A stretch of 64,000 nucleotides of DNA from Octopus vulgaris (Eukaryota), in contig OX597823.1 in the NCBI GenBank assembly GCA_951406725.2, positions 107,570,001-107,634,000 on the forward strand, in the 5' to 3' direction. The notes below the pieces were generated by a model, which was given only the letters and a program-made list of their open reading frames with translations, was not told the DNA's origin and did not search any database. Shown piece after piece: positions 40,873-55,779 of the stretch (positions within the stretch are counted from its first letter, which is position 1; the number at the start of each line of letters is the position of its first letter). The translations under genes and the position numbers were made by a program.

Positions 40873-41015
40873 CAGGCTTCTTTCAGTTTCCATCTACAAA
40901 CTCCACTCACAAGGCTTTAGTTGGCCTGAGACCATAGTAGAAGACAGTTGCTCAAGTGGGACTGAACCCAGAAGCATGTGGTTGGCAAGCAAGCTTCTTA
41001 CCACACAGCCACCTA
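40873..41015 (-). mobile_element. Family A SINE
   Basis: ggcttctttcagtttcc...ccactcacaaggcttt...gtgggactgaaccc...cttaccacacagcc. Confidence 0.85.
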
Positions 41016-41959
41016 AGGGCTGAACTTGTTCAGGGAGTCTGTATAGTTTATGGATATTTTGTTGCACATACAAAAATATATAAGGATGCATATCATATAA
41101 ATTTTATATATAAATAATCATTCTCTTCACTTTAGTGCCTACTTTTCCATGCTTGCAAGGGTCTAACAGAAGTTCCATAAGTTAAATATTCTGAAGCTTG
41201 ATGCTCTTCCAGTCACCAATCTTCATTCGTTTCTAAGCAAGGTAAAAATCTCCTCCATAACCAGACATGTGACCATAAAACATTAGAAACATGTGACACT
41301 GCTTCTATGGGGCTGATACTTATTTCGCAAATACCAAGTACTGTCAAGATGAGGGAGCACAAACGCATGGCTTCATTCAGTTTCCATCTAGAGTTCACAT
41401 GGCTTTGTTGGCCACAGGCTACAATAAAAGACACACATGATATCTTTATAAATAATATATAGAGAAATATTACATACACAGACAGTATATCATCATCATT
41501 TAAAAGATGTTAAAAGGTGATGAAATAACTACGTATAATACACACACACACTCACACACAATAATGTGTTGGAGTATTGCATCAACTACTGATCCCTTTA
41601 CAGCTTGGGTTGGATATTTTTTATCATACCACCAACAACTGAGGAATAGTTTTCTTAGACACACTGTAACAACTTATTCAGAGTTACCAGTCTCCTAGAT
41701 GGATTGCTTTCACAATGGATTCCGTGGAGTCCACAGCGTTCTCCTGGTAAAATTTCAGTTATAGAATAAACACTAAGAAAATAATGGGAATTGGGAATGA
41801 GAGAGAGCTCAGAAGTGGGATGATATAAATTGAGGAGATTTAGATAAGAAGGATATCGAAGTGGAAAGGGAGAGAGGGACATGAGAGTTTAAGAGACAAA
41901 ATAAAATCTAGAATCAAGAGGAATCAAAGAAAACTTGATGAAGAGTGAAGTTTTAGTAA

Positions 41960-42790
41960 GAAAGAAGACAGGACCTTGCAGCTACCAGGCAAATAGTTGA
42001 GACTGATATGCAGAAAAGACGGTAGGAAAACTATAAAGTGTACTCAAGTGTGAACTCTGGGAGTACAAGATGCATACTGGGAACACAAGCAGGCTGACAG
42101 TAAACAAAGTCTGTCTAGTGACAAATGTACATACAGGAGTTAGCAATTAGAGCATTGGCAAAATGAATTCTTTTTAATGTTCGGGAGGCTCCATGGATGT
42201 AGTTACTTATTTGTTAGCTAGGAGGCCTAAACAGAAATAGAGGAGGGTGTCATGAGAGCATAGTAGCAAGGTAAAAGTGGAAATACTTCAGAGAAGTACT
42301 ACTTTTACTGGTGAGAAAGGAATTTCTCTCTTCAGACGATGAGGATAAAGTGTACAGTGCATATATGTACAAAGTGCAATGCTGCATGGTAAAGAAACAG
42401 TCAATGAATGCAGACAATGAGCAAAAGTTGGAAATAAAGGCAATAAACACACTTTGCTGCATGTATAATGGTAGTGTGCAAGAGCTACATGGAACAGTTA
42501 AGCTCAGAAAAAAATCTCAGTAAAGGGCAATCCAAAGTAGTGTGCAGAGATCACTCTCTTTGTTTGGACAAGTAGTACATATGTTGATAAGATGAATGAA
42601 GAAATGCAAAGAAGTCAAAGTGGAAGGAAACTGTGAAAAGGAAAGCCAAGGAAAATTAGCAGAAATAGGGAAAGCTGATACCAGTGAGTTGAACCTCATG
42701 CAACAAGTGGTGAGGTATGTTTTACAAAAAGCCTCATTCAACCATTGCAATCATGGAAAGTGGATGCAGAAACAATGATGATAATGAGAG
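41960..42790 (+). mobile_element. RTE LINE 3' remnant
   Basis: Frameshifted translation: IKCTQ (Cys cluster), WKYFREVLLLLVRKEF, VQSAMLHGKE, LCCMYNGSVQE, LFGQVVHM, MKKCKEVKVEGNC, KPRK. The 3' UTR ends aaccattgcaatcatggaaagtggatgc...atgatg. Confidence 0.85.
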
Positions 42791-42976
42791 TAAGTTTATT
42801 TCTGAGAACAAAAACACCAACTCAGATATGGAAAACAATACGACTATAACAGTGAGGAGGTTAAGATAACTAAATAAGTTGAATAGATATGAATAGTGAC
42901 CATAGGAAATTTTAATCAATACTAATAATATATATATGTATATACATACACACATATATATATATATATCACACAC

Positions 42977-43011
<35 letters not shown>

Positions 43012-43015
43012 CAAA

Positions 43016-43120
<105 letters not shown>

Positions 43121-43189
43121 TATATATATATATATGCACACATATATATATATATATGCACACATATATATATATATATATTTATTGGT

Positions 43190-43500
43190 ATAGTTGTGGT
43201 TATGTTGAAGGACTTTGCTTCTTAACGACATGGTTACTAGTTTAGTCCCACTGGGTGGCATCATAGGGAGTGTCTTCTATAGTACCAGGCCGAGCAATTG
43301 TAAGTGGATTTGGCAGACAGAAACTGAAACAAGACTCTCGTATACACACACACACACATGAATGTGTATGTATCACCTTATTTTGATCACAGTAGTTGCG
43401 AATGTCACTGTCACACAAGCAGTATCACTCATTTCCAATATTCTGCAAAAAAATGTCTGGCCACGGTGAAAGTTGCTTTGAAAACCAAGAATAAACAATG
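43190..43500 (+). mobile_element. Family A SINE with partial RTE-type tail
   Basis: agtcccactgggtggcatc...gtgtcttctata...gtggatttggcagacagaaactgaa. Confidence 0.75.
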
Positions 43501-43700
43501 ATGATATGTACGTACATGTGTGTGTATATATATCCACACACACAATATTTTTATAAATATAATTCAATATCATAGACTCATAACAGCCAATTTACCAATT
43601 AGTTTCATACTGGAACTTGAGAGAAATCTTGGCAATCATCAGAAGAGATACAATTACTTATATATGCAAATATATGCACATATTCAGATATATGTATGTA

Positions 43701-43735
<35 letters not shown>

Positions 43736-44389
43736 GCATATATATACAAGATGGGTATCAAGTTTCCACCTCCCAAATTTCTTTTACAAGGCTTTTGATC
43801 CATGGCTAATGTAGGAGACATGAACTGGCATATATCTGTAATATAGTACAAATACAATAAAGTATATTAAACATACGTGTGTGTATGTATATATATATAT
43901 ATGTCCATGAATATGTGTATATACATATGTGATGTGGGCATGGACTCACTGGGTAAACAATGAGATTTCTGGCTTGGATAACATTGCTTGACATATTGGG
44001 TAAGTTTATTTTTGATAGTCTCCAGTCCACTCCAAGGCCTGAATAAATACATGTGAATTATAATCAGCCAGAATACTTAATAAGTTTTACATGTTAATTC
44101 AGCCAGGAAGTAGGTCATTCAGTATATATCTTACAATATACATAAATTAATTTATACGACATCACTTGTCCATCCTTGCATGAGCCAAATGCAATTTGTT
44201 CCAGCAAATTTTGTTCAGCAGAACTTTCATCCATTTCCAAATGCAGAAGACTGGAAAGAAATGATACATGAGGTAGGATGGTGACATTTGTTTACAACTT
44301 ACAACTACTTGCATGATGTCATAAGGGGACGCAAATATAGAAATGGATATATACATAAACATGTATGCATGTGTGTGTGTGTTTAGACA

Positions 44390-44640
44390 TAGATATGTAA
44401 TACATGGAGCTCTACGGGGAGCTGGGGTAGTTGTCTTCAAGATACAACTTGACCTCCAGCTGTACAAGGTCCCAGATGAACCTACATCAGAGCAAGAAGC
44501 CGATAATGGGGCAGCAATATCAAATTATCTCTTTCACCAAAAGCCAAACAAAAAAGAAAGGCCACCAAAAGAGTGATAATGCTGGTGGTGACCCAGCATG
44601 GCCGTAAACCATTGGGCTGAAACGCATAAAAGAATATATT
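44390..44640 (+). mobile_element. CR1/L2-group LINE 3' end (ORF2 C-terminus and 3' UTR)
   Basis: LRGAGVVVFKIQLDLQLYKVPDEPTSEQEA...AAISNYLFHQ matches the FK..LD..L..VPDEP....AA.SNSL..Q terminus; UTR ggtgacccagcatggccg...ctgaaacgcataaaagaata. Confidence 0.85.
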
Positions 44641-46669
44641 AAAGTATAATTACATTACATTACTCGATTTTACATATTTATATGGGTTGGATGATATGGA
44701 ATATCTATTATACAGTATATTAGTATACACACGCACAAATTATCATGCTGTATACACCTTATATATTCACATACTTCAGTGTATATATATATATGTGTGT
44801 GTGTGTGTACACATATCTTTCAATATCTTAGTTATGAAGGCTACCAAACTGTTCATGGTTTCTATACATTTACACTAAGTAATGATTTAATAATAGTGGC
44901 ACAATGACAATGAAGCACATTTTGAGGGAGAGATTTTAGCTGTAACTAATAGCACTACATGACTCGTTAACTGATATAGATTATTATTATACACAATTAA
45001 TTTTCAAGAAAGTATATTAACATATTTTCAAGTTTTCTATTACTTTGGCCTCTTCTACAAGATTTTCTGTACGCTGAAATAGATGTTAACTATATATTCC
45101 GAAGCTAATGATACTTCTTTATCACAGTAAGCATTTCTCTTTGGCCACAACGATCCAACATAAAAAATATACAATGCACAAAATGGAATAGAAATATTGT
45201 AGCTGAAAGTCATTAAAAAAAATGGCAATAAATTTATGCAATACTTTTCATGGTTATTCAAAGGAAAAAGTACTAAGAGAAAAAAGAGATATAAACATCA
45301 ATTACAACCTCCCATTCACTAGTTCATTTTCTTCATGAAATTTAATTAAAAAAAATTATTCTAATCTAGGAGGAATGCAGCAGTTGTAACGTTCATGCTG
45401 GCCTCCCGACGATGATACGCCAGAGCAATGGTAACCCAGAATCGGAAAATGGAGTGGGTGGAGAGAAATCGACCCGCTACAAAGTTTACTGGACGTATAA
45501 TAATTCCTCATTAACAACAGCGTTGAAACAGTTTGGTCTTTTTTTAAGAATCCTTTCGTTCCTATTCTAATACACCAAATCGATATTAACGATATTTCTC
45601 GACGAAGTAAGTACTGAACTAAGATTGCTAAACGCGATGGGTCAATAGAAGAGGGTGTGAACAGAATGGCGAGTGGAGAAGTGCTATGGCAACTCCTTTT
45701 TTATGAACTACGACAAAGTGTCATCTCTCTTAGCTAAAGGGAAGGAAGGATATTTTGGAAACAACAGCAACATACTAAGAAGAATGGATTGTTAACTAGA
45801 ATGCTTAGACATGAAAAGAGTTGGCTTTCCTTTTTCTTTTCTTTATATATCTTTTATAAACAAATACATTCAAGAGTCATAAAGGTTAATTAAAATTAGA
45901 TGTGTGTGTGTATGTATAATGCAATGTAAATGTATAAAAGTATAAATTAGATATGGTGAAGAAAAAAAAAAGCCCTACTGCTGCTATAAAACAGAGAAAG
46001 CGAAGAAAAGAGGGAAGTGCAAAGAGATGCGTGTGAGGCAGAGGAGAGAGGAGAGAGAGGGAAGAGAAGAAGGGGAGGAAGTACGGTGAGTGTGGTGGTG
46101 GTGGTGGTGGAGAGACAAGAAACAACGGCAGAAGGAAGAGGAGAAGGCAGAGGAGAGAGAACATCAGTGAAATGAAGTGATAAACTTAAAATGGCGATAT
46201 TGGAAGCAAGTTGGAAGTAACAACCGCTCAGGTTCTCCCCCCTCCCTTCAATCACACACACATATATATATAAATATACAAAGATCTTTTATATACACAC
46301 ACATATACATACATACACACATATATATATATATGCAGACACACACACACACGTATACATTTATTCACAACACCACTTGCTCCGGCATAATCTATACACA
46401 ACAACAATACATTGTCACTTACTACACACACACAGTTTTTTTAAAGATATCTTTCAATACTGTCTCTCCCGCCCAGTTTTGCTTGGCTCTCTCTCTCTCT
46501 TCGATTACTACTTTCTTCTATTTAAATAATCTTCTTTCGTGCAAAATGCACACACACACACACAACAAACAAATTGGTACACATACATAAATATATATAT
46601 ATATATATATATATGTGCTAGCGTAAAGTATATATGAATCATAAAGAATATATATATATATATATATAT

Positions 46670-46843
46670 GTAGGTCCCGGGTTGATTCGGGGTTAACCAC
46701 AGTAAGTAAGGTATCAATACATAGTAAAATTAATTTATTATAGAAGGATACAGGATAGTACTGTTTCATCAAGAGAAATCTTCAGGAACTGAAGATTTCT
46801 CTTGAATGAAACAGTATAGTCTGTGCTCCTTCTATAATAAATT

Positions 46844-46846
<3 letters not shown>
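46670..46846. repeat. Probable Penelope-type terminal sequence forming a 118-nt palindrome with hammerhead-like cores
   Basis: Arms 46729-46785 and 46789-46846 are near-perfect reverse complements around a gaa loop. Each arm reads CTGAAGA...GAAACAGTA outward. Flanked by (TA)n on both sides. Confidence 0.8.
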
Positions 46847-46905
<59 letters not shown>

Positions 46906-49117
46906 ATAATCTGTTGAAACGTTACTATGGTGATTAGTAACATCCAACAACAAAATATGTGCAAAAAGAAAAAGTTGAGTTGTAGGAGGGAATTGTGAGT
47001 ATCAGTGATAGTAAAAGGGAGAGAAGAGAGTTTCTGGCACAGAAAAATTAAATTACAAAAGACTGGAGAAAGAGTGAGAGAGATAAAGAGTGCCTGGTTC
47101 ATAAAAAACTGGCGAAAATGAATACATCGAGCTAAGAAAGAAAAAAAGTGGGAGATATGCAAAGTGTATGTAGAAGGCTTTTGTTAAAAGGAAGCTGTTT
47201 AATTGCTTTTAAGTAACAATAAGTTCTATGTCAGTGCGTGGATGACTGTTTGGAACGAATGACTACTTTAAAAAATATGCTTTAAGATGATAATGTCGGT
47301 GGTGTTGATGATTGGAAAAAGATGACAGCAGTAATAACGTTTTTGTGTATCTATCTGGTATACATAGATAATATATCCATAATCATTCCTTTAACAAAAC
47401 CATTCTATCGTTGCAGTTTTCAGTCATCGTTGACTCTTGTTACGAGTAATCGTCGTCATCACAATCAGTATCATTATTTCTGTGGTTGTAGGACCTTCTG
47501 CATCACCTCAATGACAACGAAGCGATGATGATGAGAAGGAGAAAAGCAGAAAGCGATCTGATAATTTCTTTAAAATCCTATCTCCATTAACTTGCTGAAC
47601 TTTTTGCTCTCGCCAAATGCGTCTTGTGAAAACTTCATTGTCATTCGGTTGCTCTTGTTGTTCTTTGATTGTTGTACATCCGTAAGATGTAAACCAGTGA
47701 ATATGTATATGTATCTTAGTGACAAACATCACTTTGTAGAGGTAGATTTTTTTTCATTAAAAAAAAAGGGGGTAGGGTAAACGATTTTCTTTTGTGGTTT
47801 CTTTTTCTTTTTCGGTGTGTGTGTGTGTATCTGTGCGCGCAATTTGCTTCTTTCTTTTTTTGTTTAAACAATGATAACTTGGGAGCCATCATCATCACTA
47901 ACAATTATCAGCTGTGTCAATGATGTGTTTATGTGGAAGCACATTTTTGTTGTGTTTTCCCCATCATCGATATCGTTCCAAAAACAACCAAAGATAATAC
48001 AAAAACGCAGGATTGTTTATTTTACTCAGTGCGTGTGTGCAAGCGTGCAGAGATGTGTGTGTGTCAGCGTGCGTACGCGCATTTCCTTGCTTGCTCGCAT
48101 GATCGTTCGTTATAAACCATTCCTTTCCCTCGACAACACATTTTCTTGACATAACACCTCTCATAATTCTTTTCACTGACAAAACGAAAAGATGAATATG
48201 AGATGAAGCCGGGCAGGAGAAATGAAGAATAAAACAAAAGAAACATTGTGAAAATGGAAGGAGAGAGAGAGAGAATGTTAAGAGAGAAAATGTTAGGAAT
48301 CTACAAATAATATATCACAAATATGTATTCAAGTGTCGAAGCCGAAATATGAATGTATATGACTAATATACGATATATAATTTTAATGAGTGTGTGTATA
48401 ATTAAACAGAAGCCACTCTGATAGTAAAATGGAAAAAAAAAAACATTAGGAGACAACAACAAACAGGCCGAAATTTGACATATTTCATTTCATCTTCCTT
48501 CAAAAATGTAGGCTTTTAGGATCGGAGGATGAATCCAGGGAACAGCGAGAGAGGGGACTGGGGAAAAAAAAAGGATGTTGTTTACTGGTCCCCTTTTAAT
48601 TTACCCATATTTGTGATATGTAAGCACGCATAGACTACAAGAGGCAAATGTTATATGTCTCTAAAAAAAAATAAAAGAGTTTGTATGAAAGAAATTCGAT
48701 TGCATGATAGAAAGAAAGTGAAAATTAGCGAGAATCCAATGTTGATGTGTGATGAATGAATGTGTATTTGTAGAGAGGCAGACACTGGTTTCTGCAACCC
48801 CACTCCAAACAGATACATATCCGAAACAAACAAACAAACAAATAACATTACATATATATACATATATATCTATATATACATACATATATGTCTATATATA
48901 TATATATATATACAACACATACACACATACATGCGTGTGTGTGTAAAATCTCAAACCTTTCGAAGGAGATCGGTAGTAGTTACTCCAATAGCAGTAAGTT
49001 GTATTAATCAAACGGCAGCAACAAAACAATATTGAAACATCCGATCAGAAGAAGCTCGATTATTTTGGATCTCTAGACGTAGGAGGAAGAACGAAAAAAC
49101 CTGGACAGAAAATTTAC

Positions 49118-49175
49118 CTTCATCCACGGCCACCCCAGCTTTGTCGCCATCTTGTCTTGTGTCCTTACCCAGCAT
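49118..49175 (-). CDS. Candidate coding part of an alternative first exon: MLGKDTRQDGDKAGVAVDE (distal donor) or ML (proximal donor), both phase 1
   Basis: ATG at 49175 with an in-frame upstream TAG; donors TGG|gtaagg (49169) and AAG|gtaaat (49118) 51 nt apart; GC/CpG-rich island; (GA)n upstream. Confidence 0.5.
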
Positions 49176-50721
49176 GCAACGCGGCAAGATGGCGGCCGTG
49201 CAGTGCTTCGGAGCAGGGAGACGTTGTGTCTGCGTCAGACGAAACTAAGCAAAGTAGGTCCGTGATTTCTTTGCATTGTTTTGTTGTTGCAGTTTTTTTT
49301 CTACTCTCTCTCTCTCTCTCTCTCTCTTTCTTTCTTACTCCCCTCGTTCTCTCTCTCTCACTCTCCCTCCTCCTCCTTTTTTCTTTTTGCAAAATGAAAA
49401 ATATGTTAAACATCTATTTCAACCCCAACACACAGGCGTAGAACGAAATGGATTTCATAGGGGGTGGGGGCAGGATGGTGGGCTTACTTATTTATTTTTT
49501 TTGGTTTGTTTTATTCTTCTCTTCTGTAGGAGAGGGTGTTGGTTTGTTTGATGATTTTTTTTTTAGCTTAAATTTTTTTATATAATTTATGCTTTAAGTG
49601 CAAACTAAACATGATCCAAGTCACACACTCATATAAGGAGCTACAGACGTAATACAGTGTTATATATATATATATATATATTATGACATGTGCACACACA
49701 CACACACACACATATATATGTATGTATGTATGACATCCCATATGCACACACACATAGATATACAAACACGAATCACACGCACACACATGAATGACACGAA
49801 TTTAACAATTAATCTAATTGAATTTATATAACGGCAAAATGAAACAAAAGGAAATCAATAATAGATACAAAACATTTGCATACATTAAATTGTATGCAAT
49901 ATTAATTTAGTTTCTGTATACTTTTTTGGCTATTATTTCGTCGCACTTCAGTCCTCCTCCCTGGTTCATTATTTATTTATTTATGGATTACTATGAAATT
50001 TATTCTTCATAAATTATTAAACCAACAGGAAAAAGAAGAAAGAAAGGAGAAACACGGTGAAGATAAAGAAAATATCGTCAAATAAGGCTTGAAAATTATA
50101 TTTTTAAACCACTCCCTCTTTTATGGTACGTCTTACGTATATTTACATATGAATCGGCATATTTAGTGCTCCCACTCACTCTCCGTTTCCCCACACTGTA
50201 TTAAGTATACATATACATATATATATATATATAGATAGATAGATATGAGAATGTTTGGAGGTATCCAAGCTTTTGTATATTTCTCTTTTCTACCTCATCA
50301 CACACGCGCCCGCGTACACAAAATTAAAGTGCGTGCGCGTGTGTGTGTGTGTGTATGTGTCCGTCTTCGCTAGCTCCGGAATGAGTTTGTTATTTTTCTT
50401 AGTTATTAGTTAAATATTTTCGGGAAGGAAATGGTTCAGATGTGTAGTTTATACACGCCTGTTATGTCTTACTTTTTCCTGGTTCGAATCATTGTGGTTA
50501 CAGCAATGCTGGCGTAATGCATCTCATGTAATAATGATTGGAGCAGTTAGACAATAAGTAACAACATACAATTGGAACATTTTCACGCGTAGAAGCGTGT
50601 TTGGCATGACAGGTGGAAGAAAATCTATACACAGAATGACAACAAAAATAAATGAACATGCTTGGCGATTGCTTAAGAAATGACATGTGTGCCACACACT
50701 GGCACGCGCAAACATGCACAC

Positions 50722-50752
<31 letters not shown>

Positions 50753-51120
50753 ACATACACAAGACAATCTGAAACTAATAGTAGCTCCAATTTAAATACA
50801 TTTATATATATATATATATATGTATATTAATATATATTGACACAAACACACATGCTTACACAGATGTAAATAAACATTAATACACACTGTGTATCTCTCT
50901 ATATACATTGACACAAACACATGCTTACATATAGATGTAAATAAACATGCATAACAAACACTCTCTCTCTCTCCATCTCTCTCTATCTATCTATCTATCT
51001 CTCATACGCACACGCGCATGCGAGAAAATATGCTTTGTGTTCCTGCTTTCTATCGACTAATGTTCCCGATAAAAACAATAAGCTAAAATCAAGGGAACGT
51101 ATCACAAGTCTAGCCCTTAC

Positions 51121-51436
51121 CCGCTTTCCCCTCTTCTGATTTCTCTGTCTCTCTCTGTATATGTATGTATATGTATATATATATATATTATATATGTGTG
51201 TGTGTGTAACTTTATTTTACCTTTATTCCTGTCGGGTTGTTTACAAGTCATACATACGTATGTTGAGAGTAGCAGAAAGAGGAGAACTTGGAGAAAGAAA
51301 ACAGTTATTAACCATGGATGATGCAGTGGCAGAAGCAATACAGTTTATAGAGAAACGTGAAAAGCAGCAGCTGTACACACACGCAAATAAATGTGTGTGT
51401 GTGCATTGACAATAATAATACCAAGCAATGCTACTG
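51121..51436 (-). other. Candidate most-upstream non-coding first exon
   Basis: Donor GCGG|gtaagg at 51121/51120; Inr-like ttccaTTCAGTag near 51435; (GA)n tracts upstream. The upstream boundary is inferred. Confidence 0.45.
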
Positions 51437-52252
51437 AATGGAAGAACGGTGTAATTATCTCTTTCTTTCTCTCTCTCTCTTTGTCATTCAATTAAATTCA
51501 ACCGTTCCCCCCACCTCTCTCTCGTCTTTTACTCTTTCCATTTCTGTTTCTTCTGCATAAAACACCTCATCACTACTATTTTATTACACAGATACGCACA
51601 CACACACACACACACATATAGATATATCTATATCTATCTATATATATATATATACATGTAAGAAAGTGTATGAATACATATTTCACTCTCTCCTCACTCT
51701 AACCTTATCTCCCCCTCTTTCACTATATTAATACTCTCTTATCCGCCTCATTCCCCCTCCTTTACTATATTACCTCACACTGCTCATCATCTCTATTTTC
51801 TCCCCCTCACACTTTGGATATTTGTTTACTCACTCCGCCCCTTTTGTATATTATTTTTTTTACTTCCTTTCGTCTTCCTCTCTTTCCCTTTTTCTCTCTT
51901 GCAACTTTCCTTGTATCGTTTTTTTTTTCTTCTTCTTCTTCCTCCTTAGTAGAGATATACTACAGAAAGACACAAAATTGAAAGCAGGAGAGAGGAAGGA
52001 AGTAGGCGATTCTCTTAAAGTCCCTCCTTTTTCTTTTTACGTTAAAGACTTAATTTAATTAAACTCTTTGAAATGCCCAGCCCTCTTTCATGTATTTGGT
52101 ATTATCATTTCTAAAAAGACTATACTGAACCACACACAGTAAACCTTACATATCATCGTGAACATTTTTCACTTGCTAGTCCCCTCTTTCTATACACAAT
52201 GAATGATTTACTCCAATTCATCTTTTCTTCTTTCACTTCTTCACCTATCTTT

Positions 52253-52286
<34 letters not shown>

Positions 52287-52444
52287 AGCTGCACTCTTCT
52301 CCCTCAAAACTAAAAGCTATATATTCTTTATAGAGATCTTTTGTCAACATCCCGTACTTCGCTCGTGTATTTTTCCTACTCCTCATCCATATTTACAGCT
52401 GTGTTATATATATATATGTATGTGTTTCCGGATATATACCTAAA

Positions 52445-52528
<84 letters not shown>

Positions 52529-52664
52529 CAATTATACACATGCATATAGTTACATTTATATAAAATGTGTGTGTATATAAATGATATATATTTATATAAA
52601 TAATACGTATACGCGATTATGTGTATAAATATATAATATAGATGTAAGTGTGTGTACATATATT

Positions 52665-53012
52665 CTTTTATTCTTTTGCTTGTTTCAGACATTTGACTGC
52701 GGCCATGCTGGAGCACCGCCTTTTGTCGAGCAAATCGACCCCAGGACTTATTCTTCGTAAGCCTAGTACTTATCCTATCGGACTCCTATGCCGAACCACT
52801 AATTTACGGGGATGTAAACGCAACAGTATCAATTGTCAAGCGATGTTGGGAGGTAGGAGGGCCAAGAGAGACACACACACCAAATCCACTCACTCGGTTT
52901 TAGACGACCCGAGAATATAGAAGACATTTGCCCAAAGTGCCACGCAATGGGACTGAACCCGGAACCATCTGGTTGGTAATCAAACTACTTACCACACAGC
53001 CACTCCTGCGCA
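52665..53012 (-). mobile_element. Family A SINE with CR1/L2-type tail, CpG-retaining
   Basis: ttgactgcggccatgctggagcaccgcc...ccaggacttattc...gtgccacgcaatgggactgaacccggaacc...accacacagccactcctgcgc. Confidence 0.9.
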
Positions 53013-53569
53013 TATGCGTAAAAGTATATAAATATATTCGTATGCATATAATATATATATATGTGTGTGTGTATTTGTATATGCCATGTACGCATATATA
53101 TCTAAAATATGTATTTGTCAATGATATATATTTATATATAAGTGGTTATGTGTATAAATATATAGCTTAACGTGTGTGCATACATACGTGTGCATGTATA
53201 TGTGTATCTAAGTACGTATATGCATATGATTTTGATTTTTCCAGTTTCATCTAATGAGCTGTGGCCATGCTGGGGCACCGCCAAATTATCTGCCAGAAGT
53301 GTGCATTTGTATATATGTATTCATATATTCATGTATGTATAAACATGTATACACGTCAATGAACATTGACATGGTTCAATTTCAACTTGTTCATGCTTCC
53401 ATGGGCCAGACAACATTTGCTCACGGATCTTCTACATCCAAGATACCCTTCTTGTTGACAACACTCACTCGTACCCATTCGGCCGATAGGGGGAAAAACA
53501 CTTACTTCACTTGTCAACAATCACGACTACAGCAACACACACGCACATGTATCAATCTATCTATCGATG

Positions 53570-53672
53570 TATATATATATTTATATATATATATATGTTG
53601 TATTATATTATATAAATATATATACGTATATATATTATATATAAATATATTATATATAATATATATCATGTA

Positions 53673-53712
<40 letters not shown>

Positions 53713-53978
53713 TATATATATATACGTATATATATTATATATATGTATATTATATATAATATATATCATATATATATATATAATATATATCATATATATA
53801 TATATATATATATTATATAGATATATATATATATATATATGTATATATTATATATATATATTATATATATATATATTATATACATTATATGTATATATTA
53901 TATAAATGTATTATATTATATATATGTATTATAATAATAATATAATTTATAAATGTATTATATATATATATATTATAC

Positions 53979-54010
<32 letters not shown>

Positions 54011-54154
54011 ATTATATACATATATCATATATATATCTATAACATATGTATATATTGCAGCGAGTTACATCTCTGTAATATGTATATATATTATATATAT
54101 ATATCATATACACATTTTATACATATTTATTATATATATATATCATATATATAA

Positions 54155-54185
<31 letters not shown>

Positions 54186-54403
54186 GTATATATCTCTCTA
54201 TATATTATATATCTCTGTATAGTATATATCTATATATAGTATATATCTATATATAGTATATATCTATATATATATAGTTATATATAACTATATATATATA
54301 TAACTATACATCTATATATATATATAATTATATATGTATATGTATATACTCTTTTATATATATATAGATATACATACATCTATATACATATAAATTATAT
54401 CTG

Positions 54404-54457
<54 letters not shown>

Positions 54458-55212
54458 CATACATCTATATACATATAATTATATCTGTATATATATATAT
54501 ATATATATATCTACACATAAACACACATTCGAGAGTGGTGATATGGTAAGACGTTTGTACCCAAGCATAATGGTTGTGGGTTCACCGGCACCTTGGTCAA
54601 ATGTCATCCTATCCATCTATCTATTTATCAATCTACCAATCTATCTATCTGCATATATACATAAACGTATATGCAAACATATATTCGCATACATATAAAT
54701 ACATTCATACATGTGTGTGTATATATATAGATATATATATAAATATATATATACATATGTAAATTTAAATTAATGCATATATATATATATTCATGTATTT
54801 ATACATGCGTATTCATACACACACACATATATATATGCATATTATGATATTCGTGCACATATTTATATATGCGTATATTTATATTCATGCATATACTTAT
54901 ATGTATATATAGATAGATAAATGTTATATTCATGCATATATATATACATTATACATATATATATACTCACACACACATACATATATACATTTATATTTAC
55001 ATGTATACATTGTCTACCCATCTCTCTCTCTATATATATATATATATAGACATGCACATACGTGTATATATAACCATGTATATATGCATATGTACATATA
55101 TTTGTTTCAAATGTACCTACGTACATCTATGTATATATATTTATATATACATAATTAAGTAGCATATATTTATCCACTTGTTATTTACGTACATACATAC
55201 ATACATACATGC

Positions 55213-55244
<32 letters not shown>

Positions 55245-55770
55245 TTTAATTATATATATGTTTACACATACGAACTGTGTGTAAGAGTAAATTTATATAT
55301 AAATATACATATCTATCTTTTTCCATAGATTTAATGAAATTTGTGTGTGTGTGTGTGTGTGTGATAATATGCATCTATATATATATAACTGTGTGCTTTT
55401 GTCTATATAATAAATATGTGTATATGTATTTATATATGTATATCTCTATACATATATGTATATTGTATTTATACATGAATGTATATATACGTAAGAATAC
55501 ATATACTTGTATATATAAATATGCCTGTATATATGCATGTATAAATATGTATATATGCATATATACCTGTATGTGCGTATATAATTATATATATATATTT
55601 ATATATAATTTATATACGCATATATATTGTGTATGTGTATATATATATGCATATATATATGTATGTGTATATGTATGCATATATATGTATGTGTGTATAT
55701 ACATATATATGTGTGCGTGTATATATATAATTATAAACATATATAAAAGTATAAATGTGTGTGTGTGTGT
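53570..55770. repeat. Large degenerate (TA)n-dominated microsatellite field
   Basis: Direct reading. Confidence 0.95.
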
Positions 55771-55779
55771 GCGCGCGTC

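Noticed and set aside
49184-49206. Call as a miR-31 gene
   Set aside because: Only the seed region matches, the 3' half differs, and it is on the 3' arm whereas miR-31 matures from the 5' arm; kept only as a remark
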